From Psammoneis japonica (lineage: Eukaryota): a stretch of DNA of 64,000 bases. Each line of letters begins with the position of its first letter. The stretch's first letter is position 1. Location of the stretch: contig QPGO01000042.1 in NCBI GenBank assembly GCA_008632985.1, positions 248,001-312,000 on the forward strand, given 5' to 3'. The notes below the pieces were generated by a model that saw only the letters and a list, made by a program, of their open reading frames with translations, was not told where the DNA came from and searched no databases. Of the stretch, positions 38,000 through 49,406 are shown piece by piece. The position numbers and the translations under genes are program-made.

Positions 38000-40900
38000 T
38001 AGCTGTCAGTTTTTTTGTGTGTGCGTGTTGTGCTGCCTTCATCAAACCTCCTCCTGCATTCAAGCATTGGTCTGGCTCTCGAGACTGGGTTGTCTTTGAA
38101 TGACAACTGTCAAAACTCACCATGCCAAAGAAGAAGAAGAAGAAGCAGCACTCCAAGAGTCAGAAGGAAAACACTTGTCTGGACAGTGACAACAGACAAC
38201 CGGTTTTGCTCTGTTCCGAGCATAAAAAGGCTGCAGAGCAGTTTTGCCAAGGGCTTGCAGCTGTGATTTTGCCAGTCACATTGGGAGCAAACGTTTGTGA
38301 TTTGGTCAGGGCCATCGATTCCTTGACTGCAGCATCCAGCAAAACAACCCAGGTCTCTCCCAGTCTTCTCCGCATGCTCCGCTCTGTGATTCGCATTCAA
38401 CAACAAGTCTCCACAACATGCAATCAACAGGGAGAGGCAACAAAGGTCATGAATGCTTTGTCCAGGTCTTGCAATTTTGCCATCAGTGGCTCCAACTTCT
38501 TGTCATCAAACAAGAGGCTCCAGCAGCAAACACAGGCGGTGGAGATCACAGGAGTTGTCTGACAATTGGTTTGCAGCTCTCTCTGAAGCAGAGGATGCAC
38601 ATGCCCAAGATGAGAGCAACAGGGTTTCTGACTTGCCTCTGGACAAGATTGAACGTCCTGAGGAGCCAGAGCATGATTGTTGCCAAATCAAAGAGGACCG
38701 TGTTGATGGCTTGGACAGCTTTCTTGCTTGCACATTTTTGGATGCCATGAACACTCTCATGGGCAAGGTTTCGGGTGCGCTCGACAATCTCAAGAGTCGT
38801 TGTTGACAACAATCACATGCCAGCAATGGTCTTACATTTGAGCTGATCAAATGTGCTGTGGTCGCAAATGCTGCCATGCAGGAGCTTCGACATGCCAAAC
38901 AAATGATGATTGCCAAATGGCCTCATCTCAATGCCATCTTTTGGATCCCAGCGGAAGCATTGTTTCCTGACATTGTCAACAAACTTGTGGACAAGATAAA
39001 AGGCAACGACTGGTCAAAGTGAGCAACAGCAACAAGCATCGTTGAGGACAGCATGCACTTGCATTCATTCAGGATGGAAAAAGATCACAAGGAATTGTCC
39101 AGCAAATTGAGATGCTTTGAAAAGAAATGGAGTGCAACTGGTGTGAGCGTTGAATTTGCATGTGAACTTGTGGGTTCCTTCTGCTTGTTTGCGCTTGGCC
39201 ACACAAATCAAAAGCTGCTTGAAAAGGCAAACAGCTCATGGTTTGCAGTGAAAGAACTTGATGAGAATGGAGAATGTGTTCCGGCAAAAATTGAGCCTCA
39301 TTTTCTCCTTTCAAAATGTCATTTTCTTGCAGGCGATTGATCTCTTTGGTTTGCAATTGACTGTCTGGAATGGTTTGAAGAACACAGAGCCATTGTCTCC
39401 TCAGAGCCTGGCCTGAAGGATTGTCATTTGCCAGAATTCACAACAAAACATCCATGACCCTGCACAATCGGTCATGTCCTTGCACAATTTCATGACGTTC
39501 ACACAAGGGGTGGAAGCAGCCCTTTTGCGGCATGGCGGAATCCCTTTCTTGTGGACCTCAGTGACATGTTGATGGATGCCACAAATGCAAGAGTGGCAAG
39601 TCACCCCACCTCTCTGTCCCTGGTGCTCATTGTGCATTCCATCCAGATGGCAATGACATGCCTTGAAGGAGACAACAATTCATTTAGATTGTCTGCCATG
39701 GCCAAGGTACGTCACAAAAATGAGGTGCCAACTGTGACAGCATGTGTTTTTAATTGCGTTGCTGCTTTCTTGATGTTCTCGCACAAGTGGGTTTCTTTTG
39801 CAAAATCTGTCCAAGAGTTCTCCCATTCTTGTGAGTGTCCCAACTTGTTTGTCAGTGACATGAAGGACAAAGTGCAAACAGTCCCTTGCGCACAAAAAAT
39901 TCATTCTTGGAAGAAAAATGGCTTTCAGCTGGGATTCCTGGCAGTGGCAATGTTGCCTTTTGGAATCCTTGTGTGGCAGGAATGATGTCACAGGAACACT
40001 GTGACGTGACCTTGCGTCAAGGACACGATTTCCTTGACAACTTTGGCCAGATCAGGGCCATGCTTCATTTGGCACATGCGCTGTAAGAGCATGGCACAGA
40101 ACTCAAAAGACACGAGCCAGTTGGTTTTCTGGAAAATCTTCATGGGAAGGCAAAGTCAATCTGGGCTGTCAGTTCCTTGCTGAAGCAACCCAGTTTGCAA
40201 CTCACTGTTGGCTGGCAAAAGGAATCAAGCCAGATGTTGTGAGTGACCTTTCTCAGAGATCAGCTGTCTGTTTGGATGAAAGGTTGTCAATGGAGTGTTG
40301 CAGGCACATCCATCATGTCGCCTGGGTGCAAGACAAGCTCGAGGAGAAGAGCATCTCACGTCTTTTTGCTGGATGCATTCAAGAGAAATGAACAAGCTTG
40401 AAAGAAGAGTTGGCAGTGTGATGGACATCTGCCACAGCCACAAAGCACTTGAAGGTTCTTTTGGAAGTGGAGTTTCAGGATCTTGTGGATTGGAGGATTG
40501 GCCAGCCATGTTTTGCTGCCAGGTTGCTGAAATCCTGTTGTGCCTTGACAATGAAAAAGAACTTCTCTCTGCCAACCTCTTGTCTTTTGGACTGGACCTC
40601 TCTGACTTTTATCGGACACTTTTTGAAAAGACAGACATCAGTCTTGTTGTTGCAGATGGACATTTCAAGCTGTGGGAAGCTGAATGCTCTGCAGCATTGT
40701 TTCTTGCATCCTTGGACATTGCAGAATCAGTGGACAACAGCGACTTTGTGAGGAAAGTTGTCAAAAGTGGGCGAAGTGTTCAACACTTCCTTTGGCAACA
40801 AGAGCTTGTCAAAGCACACTTTCTTGATTTGACAAAATGGCATCAAACTGTCTTTCTCAGGTTTCTTCAAGTCTTTGGTTTGGCAGCTCTAAATTCTGAC

Positions 40901-43900
40901 ACAATGCATTTTTGTTTCTGCATGGAAGATGCACCTGTCGAAGGACATGCGTCCAACTTCTTGGGGGATGTCAGCGCAACTTGCAAAGGGATTCGCTTTG
41001 GTGACACTCATTGCTCAGATTGCTCAATGTCACAAGAATGGGTTGTGCTTGCAGATGATCTGTGTTGTCACAGAGAGTGGAGTCGTCAAACAACACAACA
41101 GGAAAAATGAAGTGTGACCCGGAAGGGCATTCATTGCCAAGTTCAGCCAGGGACAATTTGAGATTGTCCTCAGCTTGATTTCACCAATCTTCCAGTGCCA
41201 AGAGAGCCACAAATGTGCTCACAAGTTTGGAGACAGTGCCTCTCCTTGTGCAACCACTGACAAGACTGGACAACCTGCGGATCATGGAAAACCCTTCCCA
41301 CATGATGCAGTGAGGAAAATTGGCACAAACATGCTGGGGAAATTGGGTCCTTCATGCACAATGGAGTGGATGGGCTCTGGCCCAACACAATCAGCGTGCT
41401 GCTTTCTTGCATCACAAGGTGGTGGAGTGGGATAAAGGCTTGTGCTTGCAGTCACTCTCCTCTCCTTGGCATGTCCAGTCCAAGATGGAAAAGCCTTGCA
41501 CAATCTGCTTCATCATCATCACAACCAACTCTTTCTCCAATGGATGCAGCTTTTTGGTGGAGTTTGTTTCATGAAGGTGTGGAGGTCACACCAGTTGAGC
41601 TTCTTCCACAACCTCCAAATCCAGTGCATCAAAGCAGCACATGCCATCATCTTCATCAAAGACACTTCCATCATTGTCCTTGTGGGAGCAGGAAGAGGAT
41701 GAGCGAGAATGATGCACTGAGAGAACATCAAACTCCTCCTCAGAAATGGCATGTTGTCATGGCACAAGCCAGCATCAGACATCTCTTGAGCCAGAGAGCC
41801 AATGTGAGTTGCTCCATCACTGGAAAATGATGAGAGTTGGTGCTGTCAGCAAAAACACTCCCCACCTTGTTCATTGGGAGACATTGCCATCATTCACCAA
41901 TGGAAATTTCTTTGTTGCTGGCAGGAGACAACAAAAAGAGGGGAGACAAAAATGATGGATTGCCATTTGCAAGGGACAGGAACATGAATCCAAGCAAGCA
42001 AGAAGCCCAGACTCTTTCAGCACCATTGACTGCAGAGCATTCAGGCTGCTTTGAGCAACCCATTGAGAGGCAGGGAGCCTCATTTTGGCAACCTCTCTTC
42101 CATCAAGCCCCCCCAGCTGTGGAGCACCCGTGGGTTCATGCCAGAGCAATCTGCCAACAAGCTGCCTGAGAAAGAGCAGCTGGCCACGGGCCAGCACACA
42201 TGGGTGTGTGGTGTGCTGCTGCTGCTCATGCAGCCCCCAACCACAACCCTGGTTTTCTCAATGCTGCAGTTGCTGCAACAGCGCTGGTCACTCTTGTGCC
42301 TTTGGCTGAGAGGAAGAGCAATGAGGAAGTGAGTGTGGATGATGTGAGTTGCATCAACTTGAGTGCACAAAACACTTGCCAAGTCATGGGTCAAGTTGCA
42401 GCCCCAACCATGGTCAAGACAGTTGCATTCCTGAAGAAGCTGCAATGGCTTTCAAATGATCCAACACATTGTCTTCATTTGAGAACAAATCTCTGGCCAC
42501 TGAGCTGCTTCTGGCATCTAAATTGTGTTCAATCAAAAACCCTGATGAGATTTTTGATGTCCCCACTGACCTTGTGGACACACTGTCAGATGCCATCACT
42601 TCTGATCTCTGCCTCATTGTTGGGCACAACAAACACTTTGAAGACACCTGTGAAGAACAGCCAACTGGCATCACCTGCTGTGGTTTTGATTTTTGTGCCT
42701 TTTGGCACCTTGGCATCATGGATGATTGTCAGGGAGTGGATGAAAATGAGATCTGTTTGTGTCAGTCTCTTTTGGGATGAGAGCCACACTCTCTGTGTTT
42801 TGGTTCACAGCTGTGTTCTGGGGAACAACAACATGTTGTGTGGGTGTTTTGCTCCAACTCCATTCACCATTCATGCTCTGCACACCACCGGCACAAGATT
42901 CCTTCCTTGCACAGCTTCCCAGCATTGTGGGTGGTCCCATCTGCTGCCATCATGGTCTGGCTGGTTGGCAGTCTGCACCAGTTGGCAGGCCCAGCATCCT
43001 TTTTCAAATGCACCAAGCCACCCCTTTCTGCTGCTCCAGGGTCTGCAACACCATCACAGAAGAGCTGGGCAACCAGATTGTTGCTTTGGGTGCTGGGTCT
43101 CTGTGTGAGTGCAACAAGATCAAGGACAGGCAGGCACTTGCCATTTTGTCACTGAGCCAGCAGCTCTGAGCCTGCTGGAAAACTCTTGAGCCAGTTGGGG
43201 AGTCAGCAGCATTCAATGAACCAGCTCTCTTTGACACCTGGCACATGCAAGGAAGTTTGTGTGGGTGGGAGCAGCTCAAAGCGCTCTCAAAGAGTCAGCA
43301 CCCCCATGGATGGAAGCCCGCAAGGCTCAAGAACTTGCTCTCTTCTCAGGGGGGGCTGCTCGCAGGCAGCAGCATTCCTGAAATGCTCCCTTGGCACTCA
43401 TCACTTGATTCCATGTTTGGAGGGCACCAAGATGGGCACTTTGATGCTGGACAAAGCTGACCTTCTGCCAGAGGGTGTGGATCTTTAGATTGTCTCTGCA
43501 GCTGCAGATTGTTGAGAGATCCTGCACCATGCAGTGAAAGATTTCTCATGTGGCTCTTTGATGCTGCATGCTTTGGTGTCATCTTTTCAGCAATCTGACC
43601 TGCAGTTTCTCAAAAAATGCTTCATTTCAGTGAAAGACCATCTCTCTAGAGATGCACCAAAGCTGTGTGGGGATGATCTGACAATGAACAAAGTGATGAG
43701 TCTCACGCTGCTTGAAGAAGCAGACATTTTGCATTTCACCCACCAGATCAGCACCTTCTCAGAGGAGTCAGCTCCCAAACCCAAGCATGGGTGACCTCCA
43801 ACAATTCCACCCAGGCCCGTTGTCAGTGCTTTGGATGATGCTTTGGATGATGCCCTGGCACTTCTCCTGCTGGGAGCACAGGTGCTGCTCACACTGCCCC

Positions 43901-44600
43901 TGTGGCCTGCAGGTGAGCTGAGAGGCAGCAGCAGCACTTTTGCGGTTGAAGAGTGGGGCTGTGTTGCAGTCATCAGCACATTCTCAAAGCACAGCAGCTG
44001 CAAAGGAAAGGCATGTGCTGACATCAGGAGCAACAGATGTGCAAAGATTGAGCATTTTGATGATGGAGCTGTTGTTTGTGCACCAGGGTTTTGCCCACGG
44101 CAAGCTTGCAGCACAAGAGTGGGTGCCTCAAAGTTGCTGTGCATTGGCTCACCTGGAATGTCATGATCTTCTGCAGGGTTTGAATGGCCACTGATGGTCT
44201 TGAAAAAGGCATGTGCATCTTCAAATGAGTGTGGCAAAGAGTGAGAGCTGCAGTGCACAACATGCTCCCATTGCACCCACTCCAGCCAAGTGTGTCTCCC
44301 CACACTTTGTGGGCCAAGTTTGCGTCAATGTTGTTTGATGCCACCCATTGCCAACAGGGCACCTGACACCCTGCTTGCATGCAACATGATGTTGAGCATT
44401 TGTCACTTGACAGTGTTTGTCTGCAGCAACACCCACACTGCAAACTCTCATGGGCTCAATGTCATTTTCAAGCTTTTGGGGCTGGACACATGAAAAAGAT
44501 TTTTTGCCAAATCTTGAGCCGCTCCAGAGCAGAGCCAAAGCACTGTGCCAATGCATTTCTCACCTTCCTGAACTCTCATTGCTCTCCTTCTGTTCAGGCA
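38000..44600 (+). pseudogene. Long decayed + strand coding region(s) of unknown family; possible tyrosine-recombinase-like C-terminus near 41.3-41.45 kb
   Basis: Chains of protein-like ORF fragments, and HDAVRKIGTNML..(frameshift)..ALAQHNQRAAFLHH resembles YR box II spacing. Confidence 0.3.
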
Positions 44601-45055
44601 GCTGGGGGGGGGGGGGGGGCAACATTTGTGGCTTGCTTGAGCAGGGCTTTGTCTGCCATCTGACAAAACCAAGCATGTGCTTTTGCCCACAGTGCGAGCC
44701 ACAGTGCTTGTTCAGCAGCACCCACTTGCTCTCATTGAGACACTGTGGCTGAGTCGGGTCTGACTCATCGGGGGCATCTCGTGGCCCAGCAGGCTTTGGG
44801 CACGCAACTGTCAAAGTGTGGTCCATGGCTGGTCGGGATCGTGCTGGAGGTGGCAGGGACGGACCAAAGTACAAAATTGCTAAAAGTAAAGAAACATCGC
44901 ACAGACAGACCGCCATTGCGATTTTTTGTGCTGATGTCGGCCCAAATTCTTAGCACTAGCTGGGCACGTACTTTTCTACGCTGGTACTCCTACCTACAAA
45001 GCTTTGAATAATAATCGCTGTGTCGCGCGCGCTCGGCCATGCATACCCAACATGA

Positions 45056-45189
45056 ACCGATCCAACATTTTTGAAAATAATGTGGATCGGTCCTACCAGA
45101 AGAATCAAGTATAAAAATATTCAATTCTGTTTATTATTTGGGAACCCGGATCCAACATTTTTTCTGAAAAAATGTTGGATCCGGGTTCC
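45056..45189. repeat. Two related palindromes (imperfect 45056-45091; perfect 24-bp arms 45141-45189)
   Basis: ggaacccggatccaacattttttc-t-gaaaaaatgttggatccgggttcc and accgatccaacatt..aatgtggatcggt. Confidence 0.95.
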
Positions 45190-45326
45190 TGGTCCTGGTC
45201 CAATGACGTCATGACACAGGAGAACTACCGGCGGAACTTGGCGACACCCCAATCTGGAATCTGACCCCTGGAAAACCTGGAAACCCTCTCGCGTCGAAGC
45301 ACGAGGCACGAGGCACGAGACACAAG

Positions 45327-48300
45327 ATGGAAGGAACGGAAGGCGATGATGACGCCACTCGTGCTGTTAGTGGCAGTTCTGTAGACGATTTGCGAAGAGA
45401 ATTCGTGCAGAGACCGAATGGACAGAACTTTGATCCTAACACAGAAGAGAAAGAGAGAGCGCAAACTCCGTGCCCATGCGAAAGTTTTCGCACAAACGGA
45501 GACCTGAGAAGATGGCTCCATTCCCAAGAGCAAACAGACAATCTTGTAGAATGGCTCTCCTCTGGAAGGAAAAGCCATTCGTTAGATCAAGCTCTCTCGT
45601 GTCAAAAAGACTCAGGACTTTATCGTTGCCCACACCGGATTGGATTCGCTATTGCGGTGTTGAATGCGATACGTGACGCATGCCGCCATCATTTGGAATC
45701 ATCTCCGGGATCAGTCATAGTACCAGCAAAACCGCTCAAATGGGGAGACATCTCTTACGTCCAAATCATATGAAGAAGCGTTTCCCACTCTTTCTGTTAA
45801 TGCACGTTCACCAAAGAAGCGTAGTGAGACAGAACGCGTGGGTGTTGTGCAGAAAGTTGACAAGAAGTCCAGACCGAAGCGCCGCATTCGACCTGCTCCG
45901 GCCTCTCAGGGGCTTGCGAACAATTCAGTTTGGAGTAAACCTCTCATTTCAAATGCTGCGGAGGGAAACATTGCAACGCTACCGTCCGAGAGCCCACTCG
46001 TGCCGAGCTCGGTGTCGACAAAAGCAACTCGCAAAACGGGTCGATCTAAAGGATCTGTGAAAAGGATGACACCGACGCCTTTATCGCCAAGAACACTGGA
46101 CACAGATATCTCTGGAAATATCAACAACTCTGTTTGGACTGTTTCCTCTTCGAGCAAAAGCCATTATGTACGTCAGAGTGCCACTGAAAGCCACAACAAA
46201 ATCTGGAATGCGGCCGAAAAAAATTGCGCCGCTCAACTTGTGTCTGAGATCTCGCCAAAAGTTGCTGCCGACACGTCACAATCTGATTTATCATCGATCC
46301 CGCGAGACAGCACACCAACAAAGAAAGCAACAGGGGCTACAAAGAATCGAAGCAGTGAAAACTCGAATCCAGATCGAATGGAGATGTGCAACGAGCAATC
46401 GACGGAGGAACAACTTAAACGACTTGTGCAAGTCTACACAACCATTGTGCGAAGCCATCTCGCCCCATCGACGTTATTGGAAATTCACCTTTTGATAAGA
46501 CTTCTCACGGTGAAACAAGACTCTGCTAACCCCGCTGCTCATAGTGCTTCACAACAATTTTCATCCTTGTTTCCGACAGGAAGCAGCTGCCACTCTTTTG
46601 CCGCTTCAGTACTACGCGAGTTCAAAGAATTTTTGTCTTGTTTGGGCTTCGATGTGGTGCTTGCGTTGACAGAGTGTAGGCCCCTTCGAGAGATGCTACC
46701 AGAACTGGCGGAAAGCCTTGGTTCAGTCGCCGAAAGCCTACGCGAAAAATGTCAGTTTGTGGAACGCTCGTCCGGTGGCGTCGGGGCGCTACAGACTCCA
46801 ATGCTTACCGTGCCTTTTGACCACGAAAGAGATTCGCGTCATAATTACAGAAGTCGAGAAGCCGCAGGCTTGTACAAGAACAGGGAAGAAAGTCGAGATG
46901 CATTTCTTTATCAGTTGAGGGCCTTTCAGAACGTTCGTGGTCGAGAACTGGACGTCACACAAGCTGATCGCTCCTTGCAAAGAATTCGGCATGCATCGAG
47001 AGAAGTTGTCCGAGGTATTGTCCCCTCGAATATGATCTGGTTCACCGAGTTCTTCTGTGAGTTGTTGCTTCAGATTGGTCTTGTACCTATGGAAGAAACT
47101 GATGCGGAAATCTTGAAAATAAGTGACAAAGATACATTGCAGGTACGCTCAAAACAATGCTCAAGTTCTACGCAACTTAACGCTCGCTAACACATTATTC
47201 AAACATTCTTTAATTCGCTCTTGGCATAGAAATTGCACAGGCGATTTTCCAAGAAAGAAGGCAAGACAAGCAAGAGCATCCAGAAACTGGCACTGGAACC
47301 GAAAGGTCCGACGGGATCTGGAGGTCCACAGTCACAGCCGCAGCAGGTCTTTCCTGGACACCAAGAGTTCTTCTACATTTTTATTCAGTCTGCGGACTCG
47401 TACACCTTTGGAGTACAGCTCAAGCTTCGCTTAGTAGGAATTATATCCAAGCGCGCGACCAATTTTCGTACAAACGGACTTGAGCTACGGCTGCTTGAGA
47501 TGCAAATGCTAGCGCGATTTCTTGGTTTTCTCGTGTTCTCTCCAAACTGGTATTTTGAAGCTCAAGAAACTACGACAGGCTCTTTGTTTGATGACGCAGT
47601 ATCTCTTTTGAACTCAGTTGCACCGATCCTCCCTTTTGAAAATTACATTTCGAAAGCTCGACAAGAGAATCTCTTGGCGGTAGTTGTTCCATGGGTGGCG
47701 GAGTTCCTTCGTATGATGCGGTGGGATAGACTGTCGAAGAAGACTACTTACTACAGAGAGCTTTTCGCGCTCTTAAGAGCCATTCAGGAGGAGCATTATA
47801 TGGAGGGCTCGTCGGCAACTACATCCGAGAAGACTAATTCACTGTTCGTTACCTTCCATTTGGAAACATTGTTCAGTGAAATCATAGGCCTCGGTGAAAC
47901 ATCGTTGTTACCATTGATTAATTTGCCAAAACGAAGAGACGTCGAAAACGGGGTCGGTGGTGACGAGCTATTTGAACAGTCCTCCTTGATGCTTAGCAGG
48001 GACATCTTGGTCACGTCGTCTCCGCATTTTGAGGTGCTGGTCAACCTTGTTGACAACCTCAAGGATTCGCAGCGAAAAACCGTTGTTGACGCGCACGTGT
48101 CTCCTCGTAAGATGAGACCGCATGCACTCAGCGCGACACCCATGACTGGTATATCGAAGTTATCATTCACCGAAGCCTACCAGTCCGAAGTTTCATCTAT
48201 CGCCGTGATTGGCAAAAACACTGCAGACGAGTCAAACCCGTCGATTGATGACAAAAGATTTCTCATACAGAGAAAGCTTTCCGATGCCTTCTTTCATCAA

Positions 48301-49398
48301 CACAAAGACCTAAAAGAGATCTGTGATTTTGTTGTCGACAGGAGTTTGAAAAGGATGGCTCTCATTCTACCCCAACAATGTATTAACCCTGCGATTGAGA
48401 AGAGGCTTGAAAACGTCACAGAGGAATCGAGGTTGAACGGATCGCTGCTTTCCATAGTGGAAGAGGACTCAGTAGTAGAAGCGCAAGGAGCTGCGAGAAG
48501 CATTTTCGAGGCAACCTTGCCTGAATCCATACTGGTACTCGGCCCACCCGATTCCCCTGAGAGAGTCATAGAAGTTGCAACGAAGCTCGCTATTTCCCAT
48601 GCTTCTCGGCTGAGTGAGTCAGTTACTCGAGCTCTGGTCCATCAAGAGATAAAGAAGAAACGCGATGCTCTACTCAGGTCGAGGAAAGATCACTCCAGCA
48701 CAAAGTCCAAAGACAACCTAGATTCTGATCAAGTCGTTGATGCTCTGAACACGTTGGCAGCTTTGCTGGTTAGTCACAATGATATAAAGCTTGATGGTAA
48801 GCTTATGTCATCGGTCTCCGAGGCTGTGAATACGCTGAATTCGTGGCTCGGATCGAAACGGGGGGATTGCACGACGAATATGGATACGCTCGCTCTGCAA
48901 TACACGGTTACTAAGCTCGACCCATGCGGTCCTTGTGTTATACCGTATCTGGAGTTATGCCTGGACCAGTCCCCTTCAGGGGACGAAAGATGGCGTTTCA
49001 TATATGATCTAATGGGCCTCGCTGTATGCCTCTCTGAAGCAAGAATGTGCCAACGCGTGTTACAAAACATGACTTCCTTCTTCTCGAGGCGCCATTGGCT
49101 AGATAGGCTCCTGGAACTTGGAATAAGTACGGAGGCTGCCTCCGATCGAGCAGAACGGGTCGGTGAAACGTTGCTAAAAATGTTTCACACGAAACTTATC
49201 GACGTCGATCAATTAGAGAGCACACTGGTCTTCTCTCTGAACGAGCTTGACCTCGACTGTGTCGTTGCTAACTATTGTTTAAGTATGTTGGCGGAAAGCA
49301 CACACGTTAAAAGCTCCTGTGACGCCCAAGAAATTTCAGAGATCATGCCTCGGTTGAGAGAGCAGCTAATGTTACGGAATAAGCTTTCTGAAAAATAA
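45327..49398 (+). CDS. CDAN1: Codanin-1-like protein (apparent frameshift near 45740; intron about 47143-47229)
   Basis: Motifs LLEIHLLIRLL, NREESRDAF, FPGHQEFFYIFI..ADSY.F, LARFLGFL.F.P, VVPWVAEFL.M, L.DAFFHQH..LK.ICDFVV. Confidence 0.75.
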
Positions 49399-49406
49399 CT
49401 TTGTCT

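Noticed and set aside
44604..44619. Poly-G runs (16 G here; 19 G at 55679-55697) as functional G-quadruplex signals
   Set aside because: These are simple homopolymers inside decayed repeats, and their lengths are unreliable in this assembly.
25800..44900. Very dense overlapping Cys/His-rich ORFs in all six frames (also 52.7-57.4 and 62.6-64 kb) as novel small or metal-binding proteins
   Set aside because: These are expected by-products of TpA loss: TAA/TAG stops vanish and Tyr codons become His/Cys, which inflates ORF counts.
25800..44900. Classical RIP, or an alternative genetic code / foreign genome insert
   Set aside because: RIP would raise TpA, not remove it. The signature spans unrelated elements and both strands irrespective of frame, and the duplicates show local substitution, so it is not a codon effect.
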